Shown here: one piece after another, positions 49,350 to 64,000 of the stretch | How the letters are laid out: each line of letters opens with the position of its first letter | Numbering within the stretch: the stretch's first letter is position 1 | Origin: Macrostomum lignano | Taxonomy: Eukaryota | Assembly (NCBI GenBank): GCA_002269645.1 | Contig: NIVC01000284.1 | Location: 124,001-188,000 of the forward strand | Direction: 5' to 3' | Length of the DNA: 64,000 bases | The notes under the pieces: model-generated | What the model was told of the DNA's origin: nothing | Databases searched by the model: none | What the model saw: only the letters and a program-made list of their open reading frames with translations | Made by a program: the position numbers and the translations under genes

Positions 49350-50390
49350 TTGAGGGTGTCTTTTGGCCATAGACACCTGACACCCCAGACCCCTACACCA
49401 AGTACGTTTTTTGGCCATAGACATCTTAGACCCTAACACCCGAGTTTGTGTCTTTTGGCCATAGACAACTCAGACCCGAATGCCCGAGGGTTTGTGTCTT
49501 TTACCTGAAACCCCTAGCACCCGAGTTTCTGTCCTTTGGCCATCGACACCTCAGACCCGAATGCCCCAGTTTGTCTTTTGGCCATAGACACCTCAGACCC
49601 GAATTACCGAGGGTTTGTGTCTTTTTGGCCATAGACACTTCAAACCCGAATGCCTGAGTTTGTGTCTTTGGCCATAGTAGATACCACAGACCATAAACAC
49701 CAGAGTTTGTGTCTTTTGGCTATAGACCCTTCAAACCCTAACACCCGAGTTTGTGTCTTTTGGCCATAGACAACTCAGACCCGAATGCCCGAGGGTTTGT
49801 GTCTTTTACCTGAAACCCCTAATACCCGAGTTTCTGTCTTTTGGCCATCGACACCTCAGACCCGAATGCCCCAGTTTGTCTTTTGGCCATAGACACCTCA
49901 GACCCGAATTCCCGAGGGTTTGTGTCTTTTGGCCATAGACACTTCAAACCCTAACACCCGTGTTTGTGTCTTTTGACCATAGACACTTCAAACCCGAATG
50001 CCTGAGTTTGTGTCTTTGGCCATAGTAGATACCTCAGACCATAAACACCAGAGTTTGTGTCTTTTGGCCATAGACACCTCAGACCCTGAACACCCGAGTT
50101 TGTGTCTTTTGGCCATAGACCCTTCAAACCCTAACACCCGAGTTTCTGTCTTTTGGCCATCGACACCTCAGACCCGAATGCCCCAGTTTGTCTTTTGGCC
50201 ATAGACACCTCAGACCCGAATTCCCGAGGGTTTGTGTTTTTTGGCCATAGACACCTCAGACCCCGAACACCCGAGGGTTTGTGTCTTTTGGCCATAGACC
50301 CTTCAAACCCTAACACCCGAGTTTGTGTCTTTTGGCCATAGACACCTCAGACCCGAACACCCGATTGTCTTTGGGCCATAAACGTTGCAA
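49350..50390. repeat. About 44 bp unit gtgtcttttggccatagacacctcagacccgaacacccgagttt
   Basis: About 305-bp higher-order repeat (49441 versus 49746). Confidence 0.92.
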
Positions 50391-51139
50391 AAAATCTACA
50401 AGGTAGTCTTAACTATAATTTATGCATTCCGTGTTTGTCTATGTTTAAATATTAATTGATATAATATATAAGTTAAAATTTTTATCTTTAATTTACACTG
50501 TTGCGGTGAAATCATACTAAATTGTGAGAATTTGATCAGAAATCGATAACATTCCTACTTTAAACATACCTTGCTTTATTACGGTAGCCTATCTAACATG
50601 GCCATGTGTTTTTTATATATTTCATATGTGTTCTCCAAGTTCATTTTTATTTGACTTTTTAAATGAACGTCATTTATGCACTCTCTACCATTTGTTAAAA
50701 TCTGATTTTAGTCCGTAAGTATTGTATTATTATGCTACAGTGTCTGATTGGAAGTTTTTAATAAATTTATCCTATTTTCTGTACATGTTGAATCGTGTGT
50801 GGGAATTTTCTTTAAATTAAACTGTTATCTTCATTCAACTGCGTACCTACTTACTATAAGTAGACTCTATGGCAAATTACACTTGCGGCTGTACTGCTAT
50901 TGTCCGTCTGAAAAATACTAGTACTAATAAAAATTTTATAACAAAATCTTCGGCAACCCTGTCGACAGTGAGTTTACAAATTTTCAATATTAATTTTGCT
51001 GCCTTTATTTGACTTCTTTGTTATTTTTTATTGAAGCCAAATGCTTAAAGGAAGTATTATTCGAAATACGCTTGATATTAAGGATGTTGTATTTTAAAAC
51101 AGAGCATTGAGTTGAGAGTTAACAAAACCGTAGTTATAG

Positions 51140-51255
51140 GCGCTACCCAAGAGACAGGGGCGCCCACCAAGAAACAGGGGCGCCCACCAAGAGACCAGAG
51201 GCGCCCATTAAGAGACAAGGGCGCCCATTAAGAGACAGGGGCGCCCATTAGGAGA
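51140..51255. repeat. 21 bp unit gggcgccca(c/t)(c/t)aagagacag
   Basis: About 5 copies. Confidence 0.85.
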
Positions 51256-51574
51256 CGGGCTGTTCTGGAGCTGCCACTGTCTCGTGGTATTCCTTGTACT
51301 TTGTACTTTTTATTTTATTTACTTTTACTTTTGTACTTTTACTTTTACCCTGTACTGAGCCTGATTCATACATGCAATTATGACACATCAGTTGTGCGAT
51401 AATTACTAAAAACCTTCAGGTGTTGCACATGCTCTGAGATTCAGGTATATTACTCTCTTCTGACCATCGCGTGTTATTTCACAAAAAAGATACAATAGCA
51501 TTTCTTCGACAATTTAATTAAGCTTTTAAACAGAAGCGCTGCTAAGTACGTTGTGTTAGCACTCTGTTATTCAC

Positions 51575-51778
51575 CCGTCTGCATCTAAAAGGTTGTGAAG
51601 TTCATTGCAAACTGCTTCAAATTTTTTTACTTTTAGATAAATGTATAGATATGCAAATAGATAAATAGATAGATAGATAGATAGATAGAGAGTTAGATAG
51701 ATAGATAGACAGATAGACAGATAGATAGATAGATAGACAGATAGATAGACAGATAGATAGACAGATAGATAGATAGAC

Positions 51779-51809
<31 letters not shown>

Positions 51810-52008
51810 CAGATAGATAGACAGATAGATAGACAGATAGATAGATAGATAGGTCGATAGGCTGATTGATGACTATTTTCTCTTTTCCGCCATGCAGGCA
51901 GCCCGATGGCAAACAGTGCACCTGAAGCGAGCTAAAAGTACCCTGGCTTCCATGCAGTCCCAACTTTTCTGTATTCTCTGCCAACACTGTCTGCACCCTA
52001 AGTCTCCC
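51575..52008 (-). other. Candidate exon pair (51942-52008, 51575-51629) of an unassigned gene
   Basis: cccag|...G|gtactt and aaaag|...GG|gtgaat, phase-compatible, giving GRLRVQTVLAENTEKLGLHGSQVKKFEAVCNELHNLLDADG across the GATA array. No recognised homology. Confidence 0.25.
51650..51860. repeat. (GATA/GACA)n microsatellite
   Basis: agatagatagac runs. Confidence 0.95.
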
Positions 52009-52221
52009 CTGGGAAAACACGGGAGAGGTACGTACACCCTACGATTCATTGCCTCACTTGGCCTCTGTATAGACTAGCTCTGTCCCTCTGGCAGTACTCT
52101 ACATTGTTCGTAGCGACTACGTCTGCTCAACGTATACCCTCTTAGCAAACAAATCTTCAGTCCATGCAGGGGTTGACAGCCTGCCTGTCAGCCTGTCTGC
52201 CTGCTACCCCGGCCGGTCCCG

Positions 52222-52233
52222 CTTAATATAAAT
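52222..52233 (+). promoter_or_regulatory. Candidate TATA box for the GST gene
   Basis: ttaatataaata about 80 nt upstream of ATG 52310; position only, no functional data. Confidence 0.35.
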
Positions 52234-52309
52234 ATGCGATCGTTGAGAAAGCAAAACTACATGAACTCCGCTCCGAAAGCAGATTAATACGTTATAGTCA
52301 AGACTAAAC

Positions 52310-52933
52310 ATGTCCACAGCCAAGCCTAAGCTGTATTATTTCGGTGTCCGCGGTCGTGGCGAACTGATCCGTCTGGTCTTCGCCGCTGGCAAAATCGATT
52401 TCGAGGACATCCGACTCACTAAAGAGCAATGGGCCGAGCAGAAGAAGAACTCGCCAACTGGTGTGATGCCCTTCGTTGATACTGGAGACAAAAGCAAAGG
52501 TCTGCTAGCCCAGAGCGGCGCTATCGCTAGGTACTATGCTAAGAAGGCCGGTCTGATGGGATCAAACGATTGGGAATACTATTTGGTTGAGCGAGCGATG
52601 TGCCAGCTTGACGACATCTTCATGGAGCTTGTCAAGTTCATGATGGCTCCCGAGGATAAGAAGCCGGATCTGTTGAAGGAGTTCCAGGCTGAGAAGGGAC
52701 CGAAGCTGCTGTCCGGGCTGGTTGACTTTCTCAAGCAGGCTGGCGGTCAGTACTTTGCCGGCAAGTCGCTTAGCCTGGCCGATCTGGGCTGCCTGAACAT
52801 TCTTGACAGCCTGGCCAACATGCCGGACCTACTGGCCAAGTATCCCGAGCTGACGGAGCTGAAGAAGCGCGTGCTGGCTGGCAACGCCAAACTGGCCGAG
52901 TACATAAAAAATCGGCCGGTGACTCCGATGTAA
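52310..52933 (+). CDS. Glutathione S-transferase, sigma class-like, intronless (207 aa)
   Basis: KLYYFGVRGRGELIRLVFAAGKIDFEDIR..., cis-Pro motif GVMP, LAQSGAIARYYAKKAGLMG, N-capping box SLADL. Catalytic Tyr near the N-terminus is typical of sigma/alpha/mu/pi GSTs. Confidence 0.93.
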   Translation: MSTAKPKLYYFGVRGRGELIRLVFAAGKIDFEDIRLTKEQWAEQKKNSPTGVMPFVDTGDKSKGLLAQSGAIARYYAKKAGLMGSNDWEYYLVERAMCQLDDIFMELVKFMMAPEDKKPDLLKEFQAEKGPKLLSGLVDFLKQAGGQYFAGKSLSLADLGCLNILDSLANMPDLLAKYPELTELKKRVLAGNAKLAEYIKNRPVTPM

Positions 52934-52963
52934 AAGGATTTTCTGAAGTAAAAGGATATCCCT

Positions 52964-53195
52964 GACGGCTTAAAGTTGCAACGGCACCAATTTGAATTTG
53001 AATTTTACGCAAACATATTTATTTAATCATTAAAACAAAAACTACTGGTTTAAAATTACGAGTTTTTAGGGCAATATCGGCGACGGCTTAAAATTGCGAC
53101 GGCGCCAATTTAAATATTATTTTAGCAAAACATATTTATTCAATCATTAAAACAAATCTACATGACTTCAATTTACGAGTCTTTAACAAATTTTT
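52964..53195. repeat. 118-bp tandem duplication just after the GST stop
   Basis: gacggcttaaa.ttgc.acggc.ccaattt...catattt.tt.aatcattaaaacaaa...ttacgagt at 52964 and 53082. Confidence 0.85.
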
Positions 53196-53744
53196 ATAGT
53201 TCAATCTTAATAGATGACATACAACTATAATCACAGATTTTTGTCGTTTAAGTTGTACACTTCATACTTTATATAATGCAAGCCTAATTATCTCTTTTTC
53301 TGATTACAAATTCGCAGTTTTATCAGTCACAGGTTTGATGTACGAGCGTATGTGCGCATGTAATATTAAAAAAATTAATTGTTATCGAAAGAAATGTTTT
53401 AGCTATCTTCTAATATTTAATAAAATAGAAATTTTCGTAAAACTTATTAAAATCACATTCCTTAAATCAACTACTCACTTTAGTAGCAAGTTTGACATTT
53501 TTTGCTTCTAAAGATACACCAAGATCATCACAATAAAGCAGTCTTACGTAAATTCAAGCAGTTACGAGCGTACATTTTTTTATTTTTAGAAATCCGCTAT
53601 CCAAATAAACAAGAATTGGAACGTTTTAATTCTAATTTCAAAAAATTAACACACTTTTTTGTACATGACACTCTGTTTTCCTCTTGCAATTCTTGCAAAT
53701 GTTCTGTACCACTGAGATTCTCCCGTTGAGATGCTCATGATAAT

Positions 53745-54550
53745 ATTGGCAGGATGAGATTCTCCCTCTGAGATTCTCCTGATAAGATTTTCCCTCTGAG
53801 ATTCTCCCTCTGAGATTCTCCCTCTGAGATTCTCCCTTTGTGATTCTTCGTCTGAGATTCTCCCTCTGAGATTCTCCCTCTGAGATTCTCCCGCTGAGAT
53901 TCCTCCTTTGAGATTCTCCCTCTGAGATTCCTCCTTTGAGATTCTCCCTCTGAGATTCTCCTTCTGAGATTCTCCCGCTGAGATTCTCCCGCTGAGATTC
54001 TTCTTCTGAGATTCTCCTTCTGAGATTCTCCTGATGAGATTCTCCCTCTGTGATTCTTCCTCTGAGATTCTCCTTCTGAGATTCTTCCCCTGAGCTTCTC
54101 CCTCTGAGATTCCTCGTTTGAGATTCTCCTTCTAAGATTCTCCCGCTGAGATTCTCCCTCTGAGATTCTCCCTCTGAGATTCTCCCTCTGTGATTCTTCC
54201 TCTGAGATTCTCCTTTTGAGATTCTCCCGCTGAGATTCCTCCTTTGAGATTCTCCTTCTAAGATTCTCCCGCTGAGATTCTCCCTCTGAGATTCTCCCTC
54301 TGAGATTCTCCCTCTGTGATTCTTCCTCTGAGATTCTCCTTCTGAGATTCTCCCGCTGAGATTCCTCCTTTGAGATTCTCCCTCTGAGATTCTCCTTCTG
54401 AGATTCTCCTCCTGATATTCTCCTTCTGAGATTCTCCTGATGAGATTCTCCTGATGAGATTCTCCCTCTGTGATTCTTCCTCTGAGATTCTCCTTCTGAG
54501 ATTCTCCGTCTAAGATTCTCCCTCTAAGATTCTCCTGATGAGATTCTCTG
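53745..54550. repeat. 14-15 bp unit ctgagattctccct array
   Basis: About 55 copies. Confidence 0.95.
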
Positions 54551-55001
54551 TTATTGCCCACTGATATGGTATTACAAAAATTAGCTGGAAAAATCTAGTG
54601 GACCTGATGCAGTGCCCCATCAGAAGTTGTATGTACAATTTAAAGTTTATCGTCATTTTTGTCCATTCTATGAATTCATCATTCATATTTATATATATAT
54701 TCTTATTTATATATTATTATTATATTATTATATTATTATATTTATTTATATATTTATTTATATATTATATATATATATATATATATTTCATATTCATATT
54801 CAGACTGGCATCCATTCAGTCCAAGAAGCTGCTAATGAAATGCTATAGTCTGAATAGAAATTCAATGGGCCTTTGAAATTGAAAGTATTAAAGAAAAAAT
54901 TAAAATATGACCATCTGAATCTTGACTTTGAAAATTGCATTCAAAAGCTAAAAATGCTTTTTTCGGTTCCAATCTTAATCCCTGAAAACCTACAGTTTGC
55001 A

Positions 55002-55322
<321 letters not shown>

Positions 55323-55834
55323 TCAGTTGGCTGTTAGTTGAATCTGAATTTGTTAAAAACTTATAAGTTCTGTCTGTGTTTGCATCCATCCATGTAATAA
55401 GTATCCAAATTGGCGAGTTGTCTGAGCAGCCATGCAATTCACGGTGTTTAGAGTATAGACTAGCAGTATAGCAGCCGAAGTATGAGAGCCCCTTGCAATG
55501 ATGGCTTGTCAGAATTGCATTCTGAAACAATGTCAACAGAAATTTCCACTTTGATTGACACTTGTGGAACAAAATCCAGGCCCTCTTTAAATACTCTAAT
55601 ACCTATTTTGTGTGTACCTTGTATGTTCATTACATCTGTATTGTAAAGTAGAACTACTGCGAGTCTAATTTACTATACTTTAATCACGAGCCTTCAGTAT
55701 CCTGCTTTGACGCGTAAAACTTCAAACTAGAGAGTCTTCTAGTAGAATAAATCTTAAAGCAAAGCAGATAAACTTCTAACAAAAATTATGATTTAGTTTT
55801 AGGCAGGAAAAGTTTAACTTTAAATTGACTCGTA

Positions 55835-56378
55835 GTTAGCGCCAAATTGGCGCCAAAACTCTATTCTGTGGCTTTAAATTGGCGCTAAAATTTAGCAGAT
55901 GGCGATATATTGGCGCCAAAACTCTATTCTGTGGCTCTAAATTGGTGCTTAAGTTTATCATGTGACGCAAAATTGGCGCCAAAACTCTATTCTGTGGCTT
56001 TAAATTGGCGCTAAAATTTAGCATTGGCGACGCTAAAGTCTAGCAGATGGCGCTAAACTTTAGCAGATGACGCTAAAATGGCGCTAAAATCTTGCAGATG
56101 GCGATATATTGGCGCCAAAACTCTATTCTGTGGCTCTAAATTGGCGCTTAAGTTTATCATGTGACACAAAATTGGCGCCAATGCTCTATTCTGTGGCTCT
56201 AAATTGGCGCTTAAGTTTATCATGTGACGCAAAATTGGCGCCAATGCTCTATTCTGTGGCGCTAAATTGGCGCTAAAATTTATCATGTGACGCTAAATTG
56301 GCGCCAATGCTCTATTCTGTGGCGCTAAATTGGCGCTAAAATTTATCATGTGACGCTAAATTGGCGCTAAATTTTAGC
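55835..56378. repeat. Compound array aaattggcgccaaaactctattctgtggctct / ggcgctaaaattt
   Basis: Repeated GGCGCC/GGCGCT units with about 64-bp higher order. Confidence 0.9.
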
Positions 56379-56947
56379 AGATATCTCTAAATCGGCATTC
56401 CCTGACGTCTGGAAATGCTTCTGGTACTCGAGTCTCGAACTAAAAATGACCCGATTCTTGGGGCCCAAAACCCAGGGCGCAGGTAGAGTGAGTGTACACA
56501 AGCTGTCTGTTGATGCGAAAGTCAGGGCACCGATGTACACCCTGTGCGAGCGCTTCAGATTGGCTGAGCAAAAAGTCAGATAAAAATGCTATACAAATAA
56601 AAGCTTTTTCCCATAAACCTCGGGCTCGGGCTCTGATCCAATCAGTGCAGTCTTGCTGAATCGGTCTCCCCCTCAGATCCCCAATATCCCTTTTCCTATT
56701 TGGGAATGCTGCGCATCTCTTCTCTGTAGAGCCCATCCTACACCTTCCCAAGCTGCAACTGATATCCTCTATGTTTTCTTAAAGAGGCAAAATCCCTAAG
56801 CCAGAATTTCTACCCAAAACCGGAGAGACAAGGTTAAGCTACTCAGCGAAGGACCATTGAGCCACTTCAATCAAGAGAGACGTTGAGCCAGGGAATAAAA
56901 TATTTATTTAGTCAGGAGCCTCAGTCTCCTAATTTTTTTTCTTTTAG

Positions 56948-57001
56948 ATAAAAGATACTGGCGCTGAATTAAACACTGGTGAATATTGTGTTTGGTTTAA
57001 G
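56948..57001 (+). other. Candidate 54-nt coding exon (IKDTGAELNTGEYCVWFK) of an unassigned gene
   Basis: Strong acceptor ttttttttcttttag and donor AAG|gtaagc; only frame 0 is open. No recognised homology. Confidence 0.35.
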
Positions 57002-57099
57002 GTAAGCATTTCTGCCATTGCATGCATTGTAGCTTTTGCGATTTTGTATATCTTCTTTTAGCAGATTAATTTATAAACCCGTATTAACTTTCTGTAGAG

Positions 57100-58910
57100 G
57101 CTGTCTGTCAGGTCAGATGTGTCTGTACAGCCTGTTTGTTAGGTGTGTCTGTACAGTCTGTCTGTCTGTCAGGTGTGTCTGTACAGCCTGTCTGTCAGGT
57201 GTGTCTGTACAGCCTGTCTGTCAGGTGTGTCTGTACAGCCTGTCTGTCAGGTGTGTCTGTACAGCCTGTCTGTCAGGTGTGTCTGTACAGCCTGTCTGTC
57301 AGGTGTGTCTGTACAGCCTGTCTGTCAGGTGTGTCTGTACAGCCTGTCTGTCAGGTGTGTCTGTACAGCCTGTCTGTCAGGTGTGTCTGTACAGCCTGTC
57401 TGTCTGTCCGATGTGTCTGTACAGCCTGTCTGTCTGTCAGGTGTGTCTGTACAGCCTGTCTGTCTGTCAGGTGTGTCTGTACAGCCTGTCTGTCTGTCAA
57501 GTGTGTCTGTACAGTCTGTCTGTCAGATGTGTTTGTACAGCCTGTCTGTCTGTCAGGTGTGTCTGTACAGCCTGTCTGTCTGTCAGGTGTGTCTGTACAG
57601 CCTGTCTGTCTGTCAGGTGTGTCTGTACAGTCTGTCTGTCTGTCAGGTGTATCTGTACAGTCTGTCTGTCAGTCAGGTGTGTCTGTACCGTCTGTCTGTC
57701 AGATGTGTCTGTACAGTCTGTCTTTCAGTCAGGTGTGTCTGTACAGCCTGTCTGTCTGTCAGGTGTGTCTGTACAGTCTGTCTGTCTGTCAGGTGTATCT
57801 GTACAGTCTGTCTGTCAGTCAGGTGTGTCTGTACCGTCTGTCTGTCAGATGTGTCTGTAAAGTCTGTCTTTCAGTCAGGTGTGTCTGTACAGCCTGTCTG
57901 TCTGTCAGGTGTATCTGTACAGTCTGTCTGTCAGTCAGGTGTGTCTGTACCGTCTGTCTGTCAGATGTGTCTGTACAGTCTGTCTTTCAGTCAGGTGTGT
58001 CTGTACAGCCTGTCTGTCTGTCAGGTGTGTCTGTACAGCCTGTCTGTCTGTCAGGTGTGTCTGTACAGTCTGTCTGTCTGTCAGGTGTATCTGTGCAGTC
58101 TGTCTGTCAGTCAGGTGTATCTGTACAGTCTGTCTGTCAGTCAGGTGTGTCTGTACCGTCTGTCTGTCAGATGTGTCTGTACAGTCTGTCTTTCAGTCAG
58201 GTGTGTCTGTACAGCCTGTCTGTCTGTCAGGTGTGTCTGTACAGCCTGTCTGTCTGTCAGGTGTGTCTGTACAGTCTGTCTGTCTGTCAGGTGTATCTGT
58301 ACAGTCTGTCTGTCAGTCAGGTGTGTCTGTACCGTCTGTCTGTCAGATGTGTCTGTACAGTCTGTCTTTCAGTCAGGTGTATCTGTACAGTCTGTCTGTC
58401 TGTCAGGTGTGTCTGTACAGCCTGTCTGTCTGTCAGGTGTATCTGTACAGTCTGTCTGTCAGTCAGGTGTGTCTGTACCGTCTGTCTGTCAGATGTGTCT
58501 GTACAGTCTGTCTTTCAGTCAGGTGTGTCTGTACAGCCTGTCTGTCTGTCAGGTGTGTCTGTACAGCCTGTCTGTCTGTCAGGTGTGTCTGTACAGTCTG
58601 TCTGTCTGTCAGGTGTATCTGTACAGTCTGTCTGTCAGTCAGGTGTGTCTGTACCGTCTGTCTGTCAGATGTGTCTGTACAGTCTGTCTTTCAGTCAGGT
58701 GTGTCTGTACAGTCTGTCTGTCAGATGTGTCTGTGCAGCCTGTTTGTCAGATGTGTCTGTACAGCCTGTCTGTCAGGCGTGTCTGTACAGCCTGTCTGTC
58801 AGGTGTGTCTGTACAGTCTGTCTGTCAGATGTGTCTGTACAGCCTGTCTGTCAGGTGTGTCTGTACAGCCTGTCTGTCTGTCAGATGTGTCTGTACAGCC
58901 TGTCTGTCAG
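57100..58910. repeat. 26-30 bp unit gtgtgtctgtacagcctgtctgtcag array
   Basis: About 62 copies. Confidence 0.97.
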
Positions 58911-59224
58911 GTCATTTAGGGATATTTTTTAACTTGCAAAACGCAAACTTGTTGACTAAAATTTTAAATTTAGCTAGTCAGTTTAAACTTGCTGCAAGAA
59001 ATTTGTTATTTACTTCCTTCCCCGTTTACAATCGTGGAAACCAGATTTCCCTCTAGCGGACTCAATCTGTCAGATTCAATCGACCGAAATCGTTTGCAAA
59101 TTTTTTGAATAATTTAACATTGAGCAGATAAAATAGGATTTTAACGAAATTGGACTACTTTCTGTGTTTGAAGCGATCGAGGCTGCAAAGCAATAAAAGC
59201 AACCCTTTCTGCTTATCTGTAGGG

Positions 59225-59605
59225 AGAAACTCTGTAGTATGAGATTCTGTATAGTCAGATTCTGGAGGGTAAGATTCTGGAGGGTGAGATTCTGTAGGGT
59301 AAGATTCTGTAGGGTGAGATTCTGTAGGTGAGATCCTGTAGGGTGAGATTCTGTAGGGTGAGATTCTGTAGGGTGAGATTCTGTAGGGTGAGATTCTGTA
59401 GGGTGAGATTCTGTAGGGTGAGATTCTGTAAGGTGAGATTCTGTAGGGTGAGATTCTGTAGGGTGAGATTCTGCAGGATAACATTCTGTAGGGTGAGATT
59501 CTGTCGGGTGAGATTCTGTTGGGTGAGATTCTGTAGGGTGAGATTAAATAGGGTGAGATTCTTTAGGGTGAGATTCTGTAGAATAAGATTCTGGAGATTT
59601 GTAGA
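59225..59605. repeat. 15 bp unit gggtgagattctgta array
   Basis: About 25 copies. Confidence 0.94.
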
Positions 59606-60301
59606 TTTTGCAATATGAGATTCTCTTATTCAAAATTTTCTTAATATTAATATTTGGACACTACAGAGGTAAATATTTTCTAGGTGAACCACTCTGCTTT
59701 TCTATTCAGGATTCTTAAAAGCAAAAAATGTCAATATTGCCATGAAATCTCAGCTAGAACTAATGCAATGCGCCCTCACAGACTCCAGGCTAATGATGCA
59801 GCTTTACCTGTCTTTAGCGGCACTGCATTGTTTCTAAAGATGCTGGTCAGAAATGTTTTGTTAATCAAACCAGTTTAGACGTGACTTCTGAGCTGCCTTG
59901 TAGAATTTTCCCAGCTTATTAACCATGGGAAAATTTGCTCTCAGCTCTGCTCCCCCTCCCCGCTACCCAGATCCCGTCTCTCCGCCTCTTCAAGCCGATC
60001 AATCACGCGGCAAACCCCTAAGCTGGACTCCGACACGCAACAGGGCTGCGTGGCTTCCTTTTTAGGCGAAAGCAGAAATATGGATATCAAGCTATTGATA
60101 GAAAAATACAGACGGATCTTCTATCACTGGCTATGCACGGCGATTCAAGCTTGAATTAATTGTTGCCATGGAGATGGCCAAAATCGATATTGATGAGTTC
60201 CATGATAGTATTTATATTAATGGGATAATTTTCTGCACGTAATATTGACCTCAGCCTTGATGACCAGCTGCAAAATCGATGGCTGAATCTTGTCTGCCCA
60301 C

Positions 60302-62405
<2,104 letters not shown>

Positions 62406-62789
62406 GCATATAATTCCTGAAGCGACAGAATCGCATTGCAAGTTTCCGTCTAATTAAGAAAAACAGGAAATGAGAGCTGTTGCAAAGCCCAAACGCTAGC
62501 TGTGTCAAATTTGCGTTAATTAATCAATGTATTTCTTTCAAAGCCAAGTTTCTATCGGTCTCAGGAAGTTGCTTCGAATTACAATCATTTGAAAGAGTAA
62601 GTTCACAGTTCTCGCGAACCTGCTCTGACGCCACACCCCAGTTCATTTCCTTGTGCTTCGATACAGCTGTTCAGATTTCAACCAGTGCGCTGACAGCACA
62701 TCAGTCAACACTACCATGACCTTATAGTTTGCACTGAGTCTACAGACGCGTACATCTATTTGCAATGCTAACATCCATGACAATCGTTA

Positions 62790-63745
62790 GTTAAGGCGCC
62801 AATTCTTCAATTTATTTTGGCGCCATTTCTTCAATTTATTTTGTTGACGCTATTTCTCCAATCAGCTGTGGCGCCATTTCTACAATCAGTTGTGGCGTCA
62901 TATATTAAATTACTTTAGCGCCATCTCTCTAATTAGTTGTGGCGCCATCTCTCCAATCAGTTGTGTCGCCTTTTCTCCCAAATTATTTGTGGCGCCATTT
63001 CTCCTATCAGCTGTGGCGCCATTTCTCCTATCAACTGTGGCGCCATTTTTCCAATCAGTTGTGGCGCCATTTCCTCAACCATTTATGGCGCCATTTCTCC
63101 CTAATTATTGCTGGCGCAATCTCTCAAAGTATTTGTGGCGCCATTTCTCCAATCAGTAGTGGCGCCATTCCTCCTATCAGCTGTGGCGCCATTTCCACAA
63201 TCAGATGTGGCGCCATTTCTCCAATCAGCTGTGGCGCCATTTCTACAATCAGTTGTGGCGCCATCTTTTCAATCAGTTGTGGTGCCATCTCTCCAATCAG
63301 TTGTGGCGCCATCTCTCCAATCAGCTGTGGTGCCATTTCTCCAATCAGTAGTGGCGCCATTCCTCCTATCAGCTGTGGCGCCATTTCTACAATCAGATGT
63401 GGCGCCATTTCTCCAATCAGCTGTGGCGCCATTTCTACAATCAGTTGTGGCGCCATCTTTTCAATCAGTTGTGGCGCCATCTCTCCAATCAGTTGTGGCG
63501 CCATCTCTCCAATCAGCTGTGGCGCCATTTCTACAATCAGTTGTGGCGCTATTTCTTGAATCAGTTGTGGCGCCATCTTTTCAATCAGTTGTGGCGCCAT
63601 CTCTCCAATCAGTTGTGGCGCCATCTCTTCAATCAGCTGTGGCGCCATTTCTACAATCAGTTGTGGCGCCATCTCTTCAATTAGTTGTGGCGGCATCTCT
63701 CCAATCAGTTGTGGCGCCATTTCTCCAATCAGTTGTGGCTCCAAT
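62790..63745. repeat. 26 bp unit tgtggcgccatttctccaatcag(c/t)
   Basis: About 36 copies. Confidence 0.95.
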
Positions 63746-64000
63746 CAGTTGGAGTTCTTACTTCCCCAATTACTGCGCTACACAAAACTCTATCAGCTAT
63801 TTTTAGCAACAACTGACGATATCAGCGACTTATTTGGTGCTTGACGAGATCAGAGGGCGCTGCGGTCATATGAGCGGTTATAAGTTATGTTGGTGCTATG
63901 GGGCAGAGGTGTCCACTGCCCAGCCTACAAGACTTGCTATTCACATTTCTGCCAACTGGGATTCACAGGTCAAGTGAGGGCGACAAGGATAGGAAAAGTT

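Noticed and set aside
54598-54876. Hydrophobic Y/I-rich ORFs
   Set aside because: Derived from a (TA/TATT)n low-complexity tract.

Overview
Eukaryotic (animal) genomic DNA with GT-AG introns. Roughly half the window (about 32 kb by my manual tally) is made of about 30 different micro/minisatellite arrays filling introns and intergenic gaps. The style suggests a free-living flatworm such as Macrostomum (inference, not verified). Seven protein genes can be supported by hand splicing: an hnRNP U-like gene (+, 7 visible exons, 5' end unresolved), SRP9 (+, intronless), a CAAX-less Rho-family GTPase (+, intronless), a melatonin-receptor-like class A GPCR (-, 4 exons), CCDC157 with an extra C-terminal C2HC zinc-finger motif (-, 8 exons), a GPI-anchored Ly6/three-finger protein (+, 2 exons) and a sigma-class GST (+, intronless). 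Also present: a full-length tRNA-derived SINE with a 12-bp TSD, a 332-bp insertion with a 5-bp TSD, hAT-like MITE ends, nested hairpin elements, and unassigned exon-like islands at 51.5-62.7 kb. The most unusual pattern is that several unrelated intronic arrays carry a 5' splice-site consensus on the strand antisense to their host gene (U1-like ACTTACCTG/ACTCACCTG in the pre-mRNA), and that exons or genes are repeatedly bracketed by sister arrays sharing a core motif. No CRISPR, rRNA or intact tRNA was seen. The very long ORFs in the ORF track are repeat artefacts. Array boundaries are approximate.
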